From the NCBI GenBank assembly GCA_964016885.1, contig OZ024742.1, forward strand, positions 300,576,001-300,640,000: a DNA stretch of 64,000 bases, in the 5' to 3' direction. The DNA comes from Eledone cirrhosa (taxonomy: Eukaryota). Below the pieces are notes generated by a model, which was not told the origin of the DNA, did no database searches, and worked only from the letters and a program-made list of their open reading frames with translations. Numbering within the stretch: the stretch's first letter is position 1; every line of letters begins with the position of its first letter. Both the position numbers and the translations under genes were made by a program. Positions 1 through 13,995 of this stretch are shown here, piece by piece.

Positions 1-230
1 ATTTTCGGTGTGCACCGCAGACAAAAATGTGTTAATGATAATCTCAGGGAGGAATGCAACTTATTTTAAGAATCAAACATAATGAAGGAGCAAGGTTGAT
101 TTGACAGCTGAAGTGCTTCGATTTCGTGTTTGAATCGGGCTCAGTATCAATACAAATCAAATATCGATATATAAATATCCAGGGGTGACCATCTTGCAAA
201 GTGTCACCATATTCCGTAGACATTATATAA

Positions 231-334
231 AGGTTGGAGAGGGTCGGGCGCTATGCTTTGACACATAGAGTTACGACCCTTGCACTTCTGAGTTCGAATC
301 CCGCCGAAGTTAACTTTGCCTTTCATCCTTACGG
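231..334 (+). mobile_element. tRNA-derived SINE, partial (family A)
   Basis: B-box-like GAGTTCGAATCCC followed by the body GCCGAAGTTAACTTTGCCTTTCATCCTTACGG, shared with many copies in the window. Confidence 0.75.
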
Positions 335-339
335 CGGCA

Positions 340-680
340 GCGGTTGCTGATGTTGTTGGGGTTGTTTTTGTTGTTGTTGTGGTGGTGGTGGTGGTTGCGG
401 CGGTGGTGGTGATGTGGTTGTTGTTATTGTTGTTGTTGGTGGTGGTGTGGTTGTTGTTATTGGTGGTGGTGGTGGTGGTGGTGGCGTGGTTGTTGTTGTT
501 GTTGTTGTTGGTGGTGGTGTCGTTGTTGGCTGCGGCGGTGGTGGTGGTGTGGCTTTTGTTATTGTTATTGTTGTTGGTGGTGATGTTGGTTGCAGCGGTG
601 ATGGTGGTGTGGTTGCTGTTATTGTTGTTGTTGTAGTTGGTGGTGGTGGTGTTGGTTGTTGTTGTTGTTGTTGTTGCTGT
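340..680. repeat. compound (GGT)n/(GTT)n microsatellite
   Basis: Direct reading; explains the poly-V/L/G ORFs. Confidence 0.95.
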
Positions 681-1199
681 TCGTGGTATCTTTGTTATCG
701 TTGTTTACTCCTAGATCAGTGCCAAGCCAGTAGAATAGATGCTCCTACCTTGAACACAACGTAGCTAGTACAACACCATGCACTGTAAATGTGTATATAC
801 ATTCTTTATGACAGTAGAGAGTGACTTGTGGAAGATTTAGCCTGCATATGTAGCAGGTTATGAGTTAATGAAGAAACTTCCTTGTTGAGAAGCATAGAAA
901 CCGTCTCGTTAGCTCGTTAATTATCAGTCTATATTGGGGTTTTCCATATGAGGGTTTCATATTATCTTGTATTTTAGGATCACATTTAGTGGCACTAAAA
1001 TATTGGTTTAGTTATTTCTGAAAAGAATCATTTTTCCCTAACTAGGTTCACCTAGTAATTGATGATTTTACCAAGATTTCGAATAAATATCTTCATTGGT
1101 AAAATGTTAAAACATGTCAAAAATATAATATAAAGTTCCGTACTGATTGAATAGTTGTTAGGATATCGGATAGAATGTTTTATGCTATTAATTCCAGCT

Positions 1200-1430
1200 C
1201 TCTGCTCTCGGAGTTCAAATCCTGCCGAGGTCAACTTTGCCTTTCATCCTTTTGAGGTTGATAAAAATAAGTACCAGTCTAGTACTGGGGTTGATTCTTC
1301 CTCTCTCTGGAAGAAATCTGCTGTACTCAGGCCTGGAGAGGGATAGGCTCCGCTAGGCTTAAAATGCTCAAGAAACGCCATATGCCAATACGGCGCCCCT
1401 ACGACTCTATCAGAAGTTATGGGACCATAC
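1200..1430 (+). mobile_element. SINE family A core with a ~130-bp 3' extension
   Basis: SINE core followed by CTCTGGAAGAAATCTGCTGTACTCAG...GGCGCCCCTACGACTCTATCAG; same composite at 14245-14480 (-) and 15195-15460 (+). Confidence 0.7.
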
Positions 1431-2076
1431 CATACTACCTTGAACACATAACGTAGCTAGTAGAACACTATGCAATGTAAATGTACACATTTTTTATGAC
1501 AGTAAAGAGTGGTTTGTGGAAGATTTAGCCTCTGTATGTAGCAGGTTATCAGATAACGTAAATATGTTCATAGGAAAAATATTAAAACATGTCAAAGGGA
1601 TAATATATATAGGGTTCCATATTGATTGGATATAAATAACGTGGAATTTATACCTTCGGTAATACTTGAAAACCATTCATTTCCGAAATATTTTATTCTA
1701 TACAAGCGCGTCTTCCTCACCACCATCCGGGGAAACGCCTTCTCTACTCTGCCCAATATAGGAGAGATGGGGAGAGAGATAGAGACGGAGACAGTGACAG
1801 TGGGAGTTTGGTTGCTTTGTGTTCAGACCTGGTGTATACATATATGTTTCACGGACACACTCACGCTAAGGCTTTGTAGTTTTTTTTTTAATTTACACAT
1901 ATCTTGATAAGCCCGTATCTCCATCTGTGTTGCCTGATTAAATAAAAACACACTTTCCACCATTAAAAAAATCATCCAAATGCTGTCACAGTTCATGCTC
2001 TAAACAAATTGTCATATATCTGTGTTTCTCTTAATTTTAAGAACATAGTCCTCTCTTCTATTGAGCCCCGTGTAAA

Positions 2077-2422
2077 CGCAGCATGACTAAATGGTTAAGA
2101 AGTTCGCTTTTCAATCATTAGGATCCGGGTTCGATGCCACAGCTTGGCATTTTGGGCAGAGTCCATATACCATATCCTTAGGTAGACTCATATCTTGCGA
2201 ATGAAACTGGGTAGACAGAAAATGCTAAAAGCTCGTCGGATGGACAGTACCTGGAATTCAAAATGGCAATCTTTCCATATGTCACGCTGGATCACTCCGA
2301 TAATTACGCTTTTGGTACATGTGTATGTGAAATAGTCAATGTTTTTATACGTTCATTGCATTAGCAGGCTGTTCTGTTGATCAAACAACTGGATCACTCA
2401 TCGTTGAAACAGACGAAGCTCC
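2077..2422 (+). mobile_element. degenerate tRNA-derived SINE (family B)
   Basis: A-box-like TGACTAAATGG and B-box GGTTCGATGCC at tRNA spacing. Confidence 0.55.
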
Positions 2423-2598
2423 ATTCCATTGAGCTCTCAGAGACTGTATTGCTGTGCTGATGCAGAGAAGCATACGAAATCATTTGCTAGAGTTTGTCTA
2501 AGCGAGAAAGATTTGCAGAGAACACGATATTAAATACCAGAAGGTAGCAGGATCAGTTGTCTAAGCTTAATGTGTTAATCACTACATGTAAACATATA

Positions 2599-2720
<122 letters not shown>

Positions 2721-3099
2721 CATACATATGTATGCTTATGTTATTTATGGTGACTTAAACATACACATCATGCGATTAACTTTTTCATTAAGGCAATGAG
2801 TTATCCGCGGTACAAAAATATAAGATGACAAGAGTATGTCAAACTCTCGAGTTTTATCTTAAAATATTTCATTTCCTAGTTCTTCCTATTCAAAGGAACC
2901 TCCAGTACAGCAACGTTTAGAACTGTTCTATTTAAGAAGCTTTATCTACAGGAACTATGACTCCATCACTATCTATAGTAGTTCTACAGTCGGTTATCCC
3001 ATACTGTATTCATCCGTCCTTTTAACGCAAAATACCTTAAATGATACAAAATAAGCTATATTAAAGTAACTAGATAAACTCTTCATTGATTGCAAAACC

Positions 3100-3800
3100 A
3101 CCAAGTGTTATGTCAATGAAAATAAAAAAGGCTTAAAAGAAAACTATCGACCTATAAGCATTCGAAGTGTCATATATAAATTATTCAACAAGCCTTATGA
3201 ACAAGCGGGCTTTTGAGGCAAGATTTTGATAGCTGATCACCTACATTTCAAGAACCAACAAATCGAAAATTGAAAGAATATAATATCCTACTTTGCTTAG
3301 CTCTTGTGGACGACCAAAATATGTTTGACTCTAGAAATAGCAGTAGTAATGACATTCATTACAAACCGATGTATAGAAATAGCATATTTCTATACATGTT
3401 TTGAAAAAAAAAACACCAACTGCCATGCTACATCTTTCACCAAATTATACATAGAACAAATTCACTCTCAGAAGAGATGTAAGACGAGCAGGGTTTATTT
3501 TCTCTAGTTTCCACAATTGGCTACGTAGACGTGTTTCAATAATTGATCTGATGATGGTGGTGGTGGTGTATGTGTGTGTGTGGGGGGGGGGGGGGGGGAA
3601 TTGGAAATTAGTTCTCATATCAGAACAACCACCAGAACTTCAAAGTATGTTAGAATAACTGAATACATAACAAGTCAGTAGGACTAAGAATGAACATAAT
3701 AATAATAACATTCTACAAACTGACAGATGAAGCGTCTAATATCAATGTTAAAGCAATATCCATTTCAATAATAAACAGTTATACCTACGTTGGCCAAAGT
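3100..3800 (+). pseudogene. degenerate RTE-clade LINE reverse transcriptase fragment
   Basis: Manual translation gives NYRPISIRSVIYKLF, EQAGF, ADHL and EYNILLCLALVD..NMFDS, broken by stops and frameshifts. Confidence 0.7.
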
Positions 3801-3916
3801 GTAACCATTTCATACACCATTTAACCACGATAAGAAAAAGTAATACAACGGTGCATGCTCTAAATTATGTCATACTGGAAATATAGAACTCGAAAAATGG
3901 GAGTTTTGGTGAAATA

Positions 3917-3985
3917 CTCTCGGGTCTCGAATAATCATCCCCCGCTTATTAGTTTTTTTTAAATTTTTTTGCGACTACCCGAGAG
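3917..3985. mobile_element. tiny MITE-like element
   Basis: 9-bp terminal inverted repeat CTCTCGGGT/ACCCGAGAG flanked by TA on both sides; related left end near 15935. Confidence 0.45.
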
Positions 3986-4469
3986 TACCCAAATTTCCCT
4001 TCAAATTCTCATATCAGGATTTTATACTGTAAAACTTTATTATTTAACAGAGCACAATTATACAACTACATTTCAAAGAAAGATTAAGGAACCTAACAAA
4101 AGGTTTCCACGGAGACCTTTTAAGGATCAGTTGACAGACATTATTCTAGATTTCCAGACCAACGATCTAGAAAAGTTTATAACTTGGGCAGAACAGCTAC
4201 CAAAATATCGCTAGGTAGACAGCAGCGGTGTCAAATATAAAAAGAAAAAGAACAACTAAAATTGAACCTATAATATACAATGGAATACAGTTAAACTAAG
4301 TGGAGCGGGCAGAACGATAGGTGTTTCTGTATGACCTTAACTGTGACTGAATAAAATGAACTAATAAATTGTAACTGGCATTCTGGTTGAATTCCCCTCT
4401 TCTCAACCATTCTCAGAATATCCACAGAATAGAGCATATACAAATTATCAGACTGCGATTCTATAAAAT

Positions 4470-4980
4470 TGTGAACCCTTCCTGCTCTACTAGTTAGAAG
4501 TGTGATCTGCTATATCTGGAATTATAGATACAAACGGCTGAAATGGGGTTCCTCCGAAGGGTCCTTAGAGTAACGTTACTCGATAGAGTGCGTAGCTCGG
4601 AGATCAGGGAATCGATCCACGTAGAGCTGTTACTTCTCTGATTTGAAAGATCACAGCTCTGATACTATGGGCATGTGGTTAGAATGTCTCAGGAAAGAAT
4701 CGCTGGACAAATTTTACGGGCAATACCAACAGGGAGGAGACCCAGTAGTAGATCTAGAGTAAGATGGTTGGATAACATCCATGAGCTTGGCTGGTCTCGC
4801 TTGGGGATCCAGGCTTATCGGTTGGAAATGGTGGCTTCCGACACGACCCGATGGAAGTGTGTTTGAGGACTCTTCTTCTACGACCCTCTCAAGAATAAGT
4901 GGGCGAAGAAGAAGAAGAAGAAGAAGAAGAAGAAGAAGAAGAAGAAGAAGAAGAAGAAGAAGAAGAAGAAGAAGAAGAAG
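4470..4980 (+). mobile_element. RTE-clade LINE 3' end with (AAG)n tail
   Basis: EMGFLRRVLRVTLLDRVRSSEIR...YYGHVVRMSQERIAGQIL...GRRP...RWLDNI is a typical RTE C-terminus; (AAG)n at 4906-4980. Confidence 0.8.
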
Positions 4981-5074
4981 GGTCAGTTTATTATGTAAGT
5001 TTATAAGTTTACAATTAAGATTTACGTAGTTTCGTTTAAGCCATATTCTGTAAATGTAGTAATAGAAGTGTACC

Positions 5075-5159
<85 letters not shown>

Positions 5160-5404
5160 TGTGTGTGTGGCGTATAGGTGACTGCATAATTAAAACTGAC
5201 CCGGGTTACACAACAACAACTACAATAAACTATACAACAACAGCAACAACAACATTGAACTACACAATTAAGTACACACCAAACAGACAAATCATTATAC
5301 ACACTCAGTGTTCAGTTATTAATTTGTTGTTTCATGACATACTATATGGATTTTACTAGATCGATTATATTGATTTCATACAGTCAAGTGTTAGTACATA
5401 AATT

Positions 5405-5466
<62 letters not shown>

Positions 5467-5583
5467 GTATATTTATATTTATATAGATATATATATATAT
5501 ATGCATATATACAGACACATACATATATACATACACACATACATACATACATACACATACATACATGCATGTATATACACTCT

Positions 5584-5625
<42 letters not shown>

Positions 5626-5671
5626 CATACACACACATATATGCATGTGTATACACTCGTACATACATTAT

Positions 5672-5702
<31 letters not shown>

Positions 5703-5995
5703 CATATATGCATACATACTACATATATACATACATACACACATCTACATATATACATACATACATACATACATACATAAATCTACATATATATATACAT
5801 ACATACAATCATACAATCATACAAACATACATACATACATACATAAATCTACATACATACATACATACATACATACATACATACATACATACATACATAC
5901 ATACATACATACATACATACATACATAAATCTACATATATATACATATATACATACATACATCTACATATATACATACATATATACATACATATA
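5075..5995. repeat. (TA)n, (TG)n and (TACA)n microsatellite complex
   Basis: Direct reading; includes a short unique spacer. Confidence 0.9.
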
Positions 5996-7341
5996 GGTAT
6001 CTTGGACAGGGTGAGAATGTCAGATATGATGGACTCATAAATAAGAAGAGGAGCTCAGAAGAGTAAAGAGAATATGGTCATCGAAACACTCAACGTACAA
6101 CAAACACATTACCATATTAACTGTGCTGTACCCATCCTAACGCCAATTGGCCTACTGAATTGGCCATTACAATAACTGAACAAGATGGACGTAAGCATTT
6201 GCAAGCTGCTCAATATTACTGGAAACTTTAATATCAGGGGTGACACAGATAGGCTATAGTTCCTGCTCGAAGGGGATAGCCGTGTCCTGAAACCCATATT
6301 AACAACAAACGAGACCCGGATAATAACACTGAAGCAACATCTTCAACAAAAGAATACGGTCAACAACCATCTCGCCCAGGTTTATGAGCATGAAAATAAC
6401 ACCATTGTTAGGATAGCCACTGATCAAGAGGAGAGACATGAAATAAAAACTGACATAAATCTCTCTCCCAGGAACATCAGAAAACTCTACTTAATGCTCG
6501 AACAAAATAAAAGAAATGAACCAATTTATTGAGAAGGTTGTACGTGGGTATTTGAGACGAAAAACACAGACGATAGAGGAGATAAATCACCCAAAAACCT
6601 GACATGGAGTTCTGACAATTTCATAACATCCCACCTTGAAGGATACCACCATATATTCCAGGAACAAAAAATCCCCACCATATACATATTGCACAAAGGG
6701 AGAAAGGTGGTAATAAATGTCGGCTGTGACCGTAAACTTTAGCCACCTGTGAAAGAATGTCTTCTGTGAAAGAATGTCTTCTTGTTATTACCTCCAGATG
6801 AGGTATGATGTGATAGCTAGAACGATCTAGAATGCACTATGGATGACAAATAGGGAGGAATATGTTGAGACTGGTGACTCAAAGGAATACTAGTGGAAGC
6901 TAAAAATAAAAACTGTCTGATACTATGGTTTGGGACAACACATTAAAAATATGCTCAGTTGTAGAAGTCAACTCTCATTCGATATCAGTGTGGATACAAG
7001 AGAAGGAGGATGCCTACGGACCATTGATGAGGAATTTGCAGATCTATTACCCAAGATACATGTTCAGCTTCATATCTATTATTATTGGAGCTACAGGTTA
7101 TATACAACCCGCCAGGGCCAAAGTATAACTGAACTTGAATTTGTGGAGGAAGAACGTAGCTCCTTAATTCATGAGCTACAAACGGCTGCAATATCTGGAA
7201 CCTTCAAAATCTGTAAAACATTCTTATGATTCAAAAGATGAACGATTGCATAAGGGACAACGAAAATTTCCTTTCCTTTACAACATTACCACTGGGAAGA
7301 TGGCCGGTTAAAAATAAACTCAAAATTAAGAGAATGAGAAG
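5996..7341 (+). mobile_element. 5'-truncated degenerate RLE-type LINE flanked by (CATA)n
   Basis: KMDVSICKLL...DTDRL, FITSHLEGY, and the C-terminal VWDNTLKICSVVE...EKEDAYGPL...IIIGATG; begins after and ends in CATA repeats. Confidence 0.7.
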
Positions 7342-7439
7342 ACATACATACATATACATACATACATACATACATACATACATACATACATACATACATA
7401 CATACATACATACATACATACATACATACATACATACAA

Positions 7440-8038
7440 ACATGGTGGCTGCCAACTCGTTTTCGTGTACGGCCACTACTTTATATCCATGTAGGAGAAC
7501 CCCTACCGATGCGCTGAACGAGTGTGACTTTTTAGTCCAGCCAGCGACTTGAAAACTCTGGTACAAACACTACACTTGTGACAATTATTGACACATAGTG
7601 CTGGACCCATGGTACCATGTGACGACAAGTGCAGAGAGATCTCCAGATATAAAGCAATGCCTGTGCCGTGAAGCTTTTATAGTGAGCAAAGGCGCTGCAC
7701 AAAGCCAGTCCCACTCTCTTAACCAAGATGATATGTACCAAAGAGAAGAACAAGTCAACATCATTGGATACCATCAGGGTTGCAGGTGTTATATCAGTTT
7801 TCCTTCTCATAAAATTCTGCCTTGACAAAGGCTAAGGGGTCATCTCTCCCGGTGATTTTGGATGGCCATTGACTCTTAAGAGCTCCTTTGCCCTTTGACA
7901 GGCTTTGTTTTTAGTCCTGCAGGATGTTCAAAGTCACCCTCCTCACGAAGAAACCTTGGTGGAGTTGCCAGTTTAGTCGCCAACGACCCGACCATGAGAC
8001 AGGTTGTACTGGGATACATGTTACCAGTAGCACCAGTA
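7440..8038 (-). mobile_element. non-coding RTE-like unit between (CATA)n arrays, copy 1
   Basis: Minus strand has an RTE-5'UTR-like TAGCCTTTGTCAAGGCAG...AGAAGGAAAACTG and ends GGCAGCCACCA-(TGTA)n; homologous to 8131-8668. Confidence 0.5.
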
Positions 8039-8130
8039 TATATACATACATACCAGTATACATACATACATACATACATACATACATACATACATACATA
8101 CATACATACATACATACATACATACATACA

Positions 8131-8668
8131 TGATGGCTGCCCCCTCGTTATCGAGTATGGCAATTGCACGATATACCATTATTAATAATTATTAATTAAT
8201 TCTATCATGCAATGCCTGTGCGTGAATATATTTTTTAAAGTGAGGAAAGACTGTGCACTGAACCAATCCCACTCTCTAAGCGACAGTAGCTATAACCCGA
8301 AAAGAAGAAAAGATCAACATCATCGGTAACTACTGAGCCGCAGGTTTTATATCGGAGTTATACCAGTTTCCTGAGTTGCCTTCTCCTAGAAGAATGCCCT
8401 GACAAAGGCTAGGGGTCCTTCACTCCCAGTGGTTTAACCGCGCGGTACATGTGTATATACATATTTACACACTTTTGGATGACCGTTGACTCTTATGAGT
8501 TCTTCCGCCCTTTGTCAGGTTTTGTTTTTTTGTCCTACAGGGTGTCCAAAATCACCCTCCTCACCAAGTAAACTTGGTGGGGTTGCCGGTTTAGTCGCCG
8601 ACGACCCGACCATGCGACAGGTTGTACTGGGTTACATGTTACCATTGCACTCAAGAGTGACCCGACTT
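8131..8668 (-). mobile_element. non-coding RTE-like unit, copy 2 (3'-end fragment of a third at 8687-8870)
   Basis: Shares GTTTAGTCGCC..ACGACCCGACCATG..ACAGGTTGTACTGGG with copy 1 and the same GCAGCCATCA-(TGTA)n end. Confidence 0.5.
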
Positions 8669-8935
8669 ACATACATACATACATACATGATGGCTGCAAA
8701 CTCGTGTTTGAGCATTGCCATCGCCTGATAAAATGCTCAAAAGTGTGAGGCACGAATGTGGCTCTTTAAACCAGCCAAAGACTTGCATCCTCTGGCACAT
8801 ATATGGCAACTGTAGGCTCCTCCGGGACTTTCAATTGCTTTGTTCTGGCTGTGTGTTCACATGTCTTTTATATACATACATACATACATACATACATACA
8901 TACATACATACATACATACATACATACATACATAC

Positions 8936-9696
8936 GGTACTATGTTATCGCGGTACTATCTACCTATGAGGCATGATGTAGTGGCCAAAACACTGTACAA
9001 TGCAGTTCGTAATATCTGCTGCACAAAAGGGGAGGGCCAGCAGCTGACAATAAATGTAGGCTATGTAAAACAAAGATCGAATATGTCAGCCACATTGTTG
9101 CCAGCTGCGAAATAATGTCATCTCGATACTACCTCCCCATGAGACAGGATGGGATAGCTAGAACTATCTAGAACGCACTTCAGAAAACAAAATTAACAAC
9201 AAACGAGGAAGAATATATTGAGACAGATGGCACTAAGGAATACTGGTGGAACCTGAAAATAAAAACTGCCACCAAATTAAAGCACAACCGGCCTGATATT
9301 GTTGTTTGGGACCACACATTGAAAACGTGTTCTGTTGTGGAGATCAGCTGCCCACTTGATGTAAACGTTGTCAGAAAAATACAGGAGAAGGAGGACATCT
9401 ACGGACCATTGATGAGGAGTTTACAAATCCAGTATCCAAGATACACCTTTAGCTTCATACCCATCATTATTGGAGCTACGGGTTGTATACCAAGGTATGA
9501 CTGAACTTGGATTTGCGGACAAAAAGCGCAGCTCCCTAATTCATAGTCTACAAATGGCTGCGATAGCTGGCACCTTCAAAATTTGAAAAACATTCTTACG
9601 ATTCAAGGGATGACAATTTCTTTTCTTTTACAACCTTGCCACCAGGAAGGTGGCCGGTCAAAAAAATATACTCGAAATTAAGAGAAAGAGATAATA
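8936..9696 (+). mobile_element. second 3' fragment of the (CATA)n-associated RLE LINE
   Basis: CCHC knuckle CRLCKTKIEYVSHIVASC, then HNRPDIVVWD..CSVVEISCP (PD..E RLE core); 3' UTR matches 7230-7341; (CATA)n on both sides. Confidence 0.8.
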
Positions 9697-9758
9697 TACA
9701 TACATACATTACATACATACATACATACATACATACATTACATACATACATACATACA

Positions 9759-9789
<31 letters not shown>

Positions 9790-10603
9790 CATACATACAT
9801 ACATACATACATACATACATACATACATACATACATACGTACGTACATACATTACATACATACATATATACATCTGTAGACTTAATCGATTACTCGACTT
9901 AACACCACCACCTTGCTATTTGGTGCAAATATTCGGATCAGTTTTCCATTTATAGGGTAGCTGCCTCACTTTCTCCCACAATACTCGGACGCTCTGAAAA
10001 TATGGTTATGGTATCTGCCCTCCTCCTTAACTAAACATATATGTGCATATGCATACATAAATACAGACAGAGATGCATAGATGCATGCATACTGCCTGAG
10101 AATAAAAGCAACATCATCATCAACATCATCATCATCATCATCATCAACAACAACAACTACAACAACAACGACGACGACGACGACAACAACAACAACAAAA
10201 ACTACAAAGACGACGACGACAACGAAAATAACAACAGCAATTTGAAGAGAATCTGTGATAAGTAGAGGATACATGAAAACAAAGAAGTTTGAAAATCAAA
10301 GATTATACAAATAAAACAAAAGAAGAAAAATAAAGATGGCTTCGAGTGATAAGTGAATCTATTGAATTTTGATGAAATCGGAGAAAGGTAGAGAGAATTG
10401 TTGAATGGAAAGGATGGAAGATGAAATGAAATAAAACAATAAACGAAACAAATGCTGTTGTTTGATGGCTTCGTAGATGTTTTAAAATCATTTTTTTTCA
10501 CCAGAATTGGTTAAGAAATGGACAAAATAGACACAGGGACATTTTGCTTGAATGATATCAAATAATAGTAAATGGTAGATAAGATAAAAGACGAGTGTTG
10601 AGG

Positions 10604-10609
10604 AGAGAG

Positions 10610-10687
<78 letters not shown>

Positions 10688-10980
10688 AGAGAGGAGCGAG
10701 GGGGAAGAAGAGAGGGTGGGGATGGGGAGGAGAGAGGGGAGAAAGAGGAGAGGGGAAAGAAGAGAGAGTGGGAAGGACAGATGCGGTGGGGAGTGAGGGG
10801 TAAGAGGAGATAAGGGGAAAGGAGAGAGAGGGGGAAAGGGGAGAGAGAAGGGGAGAGAGAGGGGGAACGAGAGAGGGGGAAAAGAGCGAGGGGGAAGGAG
10901 AGAGGTAAAGGAGTGAGGCGGAAAGGAGTGAGGGGGGAAAGGAGAAAGGGGGGAAAGAAGAGAAGGGAGAGGAGAGGGAA
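10604..10980. repeat. (GA)n and purine-rich tract
   Basis: Direct reading. Confidence 0.9.
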
Positions 10981-11315
10981 GTGCGTAAATGTGTACTTGT
11001 GTGTGTGTGTGTGTATGAGAGAAATGTGTCTATTTGTGCTTGTGTGTGTATAAGAGAGAGAGAGAAGGTATGTTTATGTGTGTTTGTGTGTGCGCGTGCG
11101 TATATGTGTGGGTGTGTGTATTTATGGGTGCTCATGTGTATCTGAGAGAGAGAAAGTATATGTGTTTGTGCCTATGAGAAAAAGAAAAGTGGATGTGAAT
11201 ATATGAGTGTGTGCGTGCGCATGTTTGTGTTTTTTACTTAGCTTACTTTCCAGAAACATACTTACACAGCACACACATATACATACATACACATGCGTAC
11301 ATACACATATACACT

Positions 11316-11344
<29 letters not shown>

Positions 11345-11349
<5 letters not shown>

Positions 11350-11800
11350 TTGTTATATTTGGGGTCATATTGTTATAATATTGTCAGAAATAATAATTGT
11401 TTCTACTTTTGGCACAAGGCCAGCAAATTACCCAGTACATTACTGGTACTTTATTTTATCGACCCCCGTAAGGATGAAAGGCAAAGTGAACCTCGGCGGG
11501 ATTTGAACTCAGACCATAATAATAAAACACACTCACTGTTTGGGTGGATTGGTTTTCGCTTCTGTATCTTTTATATCTCCATAGTTAATTTATCTGACAA
11601 TCAATATTTATCATTGATTGACCAACGGTTAAAAAATGCAGATATAAATAAATAAATATATATATATATATATAGTCTATCAAAGTTCTTTCGTCACACA
11701 CTTGTGACATCATCAGTGGTACTATTATGTTCCCTCCCGCCATTCTTTGGAGCTAAGACATCCTTCATAATCCCTACCTCAGACATTATCCATATTTCTC
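11345..11800 (-). mobile_element. Penelope-like element 3' UTR copy with HHR motif, interrupted by a SINE at ~11395-11513
   Basis: Homologous to 62210-62460; minus strand reads CTGATGA-T-GTCACA agtg TGTGAC-GAAA at ~11679-11719. Confidence 0.6.
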
Positions 11801-11825
11801 AAACCCTTAACCCTCTCTAAATATG

Positions 11826-11867
<42 letters not shown>

Positions 11868-11874
11868 AAATTTA

Positions 11875-12008
11875 ATCTGATGATTTCCTTCGACTGAAAC
11901 AGTTCTAGTCCTGTAGAAGCCGTTTCTATATTAAATGTTATTGTATACACACTACTAATGTATTGAGTACCATATTTACTGAGGTTACCACGGATTGAAC
12001 TCGGGACT

Positions 12009-12010
<2 letters not shown>
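11875..12010 (+). mobile_element. short dispersed repeat with degenerate HHR-like core (family P4)
   Basis: CTGATGATTTCCTTCGACTGAAACAGTTCTAGTCCTGTAGAAG; related copies at 60822-60866 and 61334-61386, all next to (TA)n. Confidence 0.45.
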
Positions 12011-12083
<73 letters not shown>

Positions 12084-12356
12084 CACATATATGTGTGTGT
12101 GTGTGTGTGTCTGTGTGTACGCGTATATCTATTTTATATGAAACAGTTCGTGTCTGTAAAAGTAATTTCTATATAAATATGCTTATTCTTTTCTAACATT
12201 TTGAGTAGCTTATTAAAGCGATTATTTGTTCGATCCCCTTCAGAGTACCATCCTTAATTTCATATATATATATATATATATCACCCCACTCTCAAGAGCG
12301 TGAAACTAATAAACCTTTGTTCGTACTGCCTCTCTGTTTTGTTCCCGTTCAATTTT

Positions 12357-12487
<131 letters not shown>

Positions 12488-12585
12488 ACATATATATGTG
12501 TGTATTATCTTTGTTCTGTGAGCACCCCTTTCACCTTATTTATATTTGATATAGAAAATATATTTACTATAGACTCGCTAACTAG

Positions 12586-12620
<35 letters not shown>

Positions 12621-13129
12621 GCGCGCGTACGCGCGCGCGTGTGTGTGTGTGTAGTGGGGAATTTAGATCGATATAATGCCAGAGGGACAAAAACCAACGC
12701 AATTTTCCCATCATGCTTTTTATATGTATATGTATGTAAATATATATGTGTGTGTGTGTGCGCGCACGCGTGTGTGTGTGTTTGTATGCGTGTGAGGGTG
12801 TGCCTTATATGAATTTTTTTATTCCTAAACATCATCACCATTGTCAGGTACTTTGATGTTTCAGTAAAAATTGTACAAAGTGTTATATGAAAATACTTAG
12901 TATCTGTTGTTGAGGCTATTGATGTAGAAGTAGTTATTGTCGTTGTTCTGGCTGTTGATCTCGCTATTATTGTTGCTGTGACAGATAATTAGTCGGTATT
13001 GTTGTTGATGATGAAAATGGTGTTAAAATGTCTACAATGTTTTTCAGTGCAACATACAATTTTTCTCAACTTCAGTAAAGATGCTACAGCTGTGATATCT
13101 TGCATGCTTTAATTTCAATTCTTCTTATT

Positions 13130-13917
13130 AATAACTACATTGTTTCTTTCTAGGTAAACTGACATCTGACTGTTCAAAGAAGACTTCAAAAGTAACTAGT
13201 TGCAACTTCTCTTGAAAAAATACATAAAACAAAGCCAATGATATCTTCGCAGATTTCTCGAAGATTTCTGCTCAGTGGGTGCCACGTCTTCTGACACCTG
13301 ATCAAAAGCACACCAGGCTGATCACATCACGGGAAAATCTGACATTGTTTAGGCAGATCAAGCTGGTTTCCTTAAACGTTTCCTTACCTAAAATCAGTGT
13401 TGGGTGCATCACTTTAAACCAAAGACAAAGAGACAATACACGCAGTGAAAACACCCATCCTCAACTGTTCTAAAGAAGGCCAAGGTCGTTTCATCTGCAG
13501 GGAAGGTAATGGCCTCAGTTTTGGGGATGTAAAAGGTATTGTGTTTATTGACTATCTTCAAAAGGACTACACTGTCAATGGAGAGTACAATGCAACTTGG
13601 TGAGGCAGTTACGAAAGGCTATCAAGACCAAACTCACAGGTTGATCACCCTCCCTAATTTAATTTGGCCCCATCTGACAATCATTTGTTCCCCAACATGA
13701 AATAAACACGTGGTTGGGAACCAGTATCGCAGTAATGATGGCGTCATATCTAATGTTGATGACGTTTTTGACCAACAGATTGAAACCTTCTTCACCAATG
13801 GGATTCAAGCACTGCAACAACGATGGAAGAAGTGTGTGGACTGCAAAAATAAACCTCATTTCGTCACATTCCATGGGAGTATCTTGGTCAGCCTATGAAC
13901 TTTTCAGCCGGCCCTCG
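13130..13917 (+). mobile_element. mariner transposon relic
   Basis: WVPRLLT motif at ~13276, HPP..LAPSD.HLF motif at ~13645, and right end ...GCCCTCG|TA. Confidence 0.85.
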
Positions 13918-13953
13918 TATGTTTGTGTATTTATATCTATATGTGTGTATGTT

Positions 13954-13995
<42 letters not shown>

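Noticed and set aside
745-1630. Diverged local duplication (745-860 vs 1435-1550; 1082-1150 vs 1558-1630)
   Set aside because: Looks like old dispersed or tandem repeat remnants with no distinctive structure
7960-8040. Possible HDV-like ribozyme at the 5' end of the RTE-like unit
   Set aside because: Could not find a P1 partner or canonical L3 by eye
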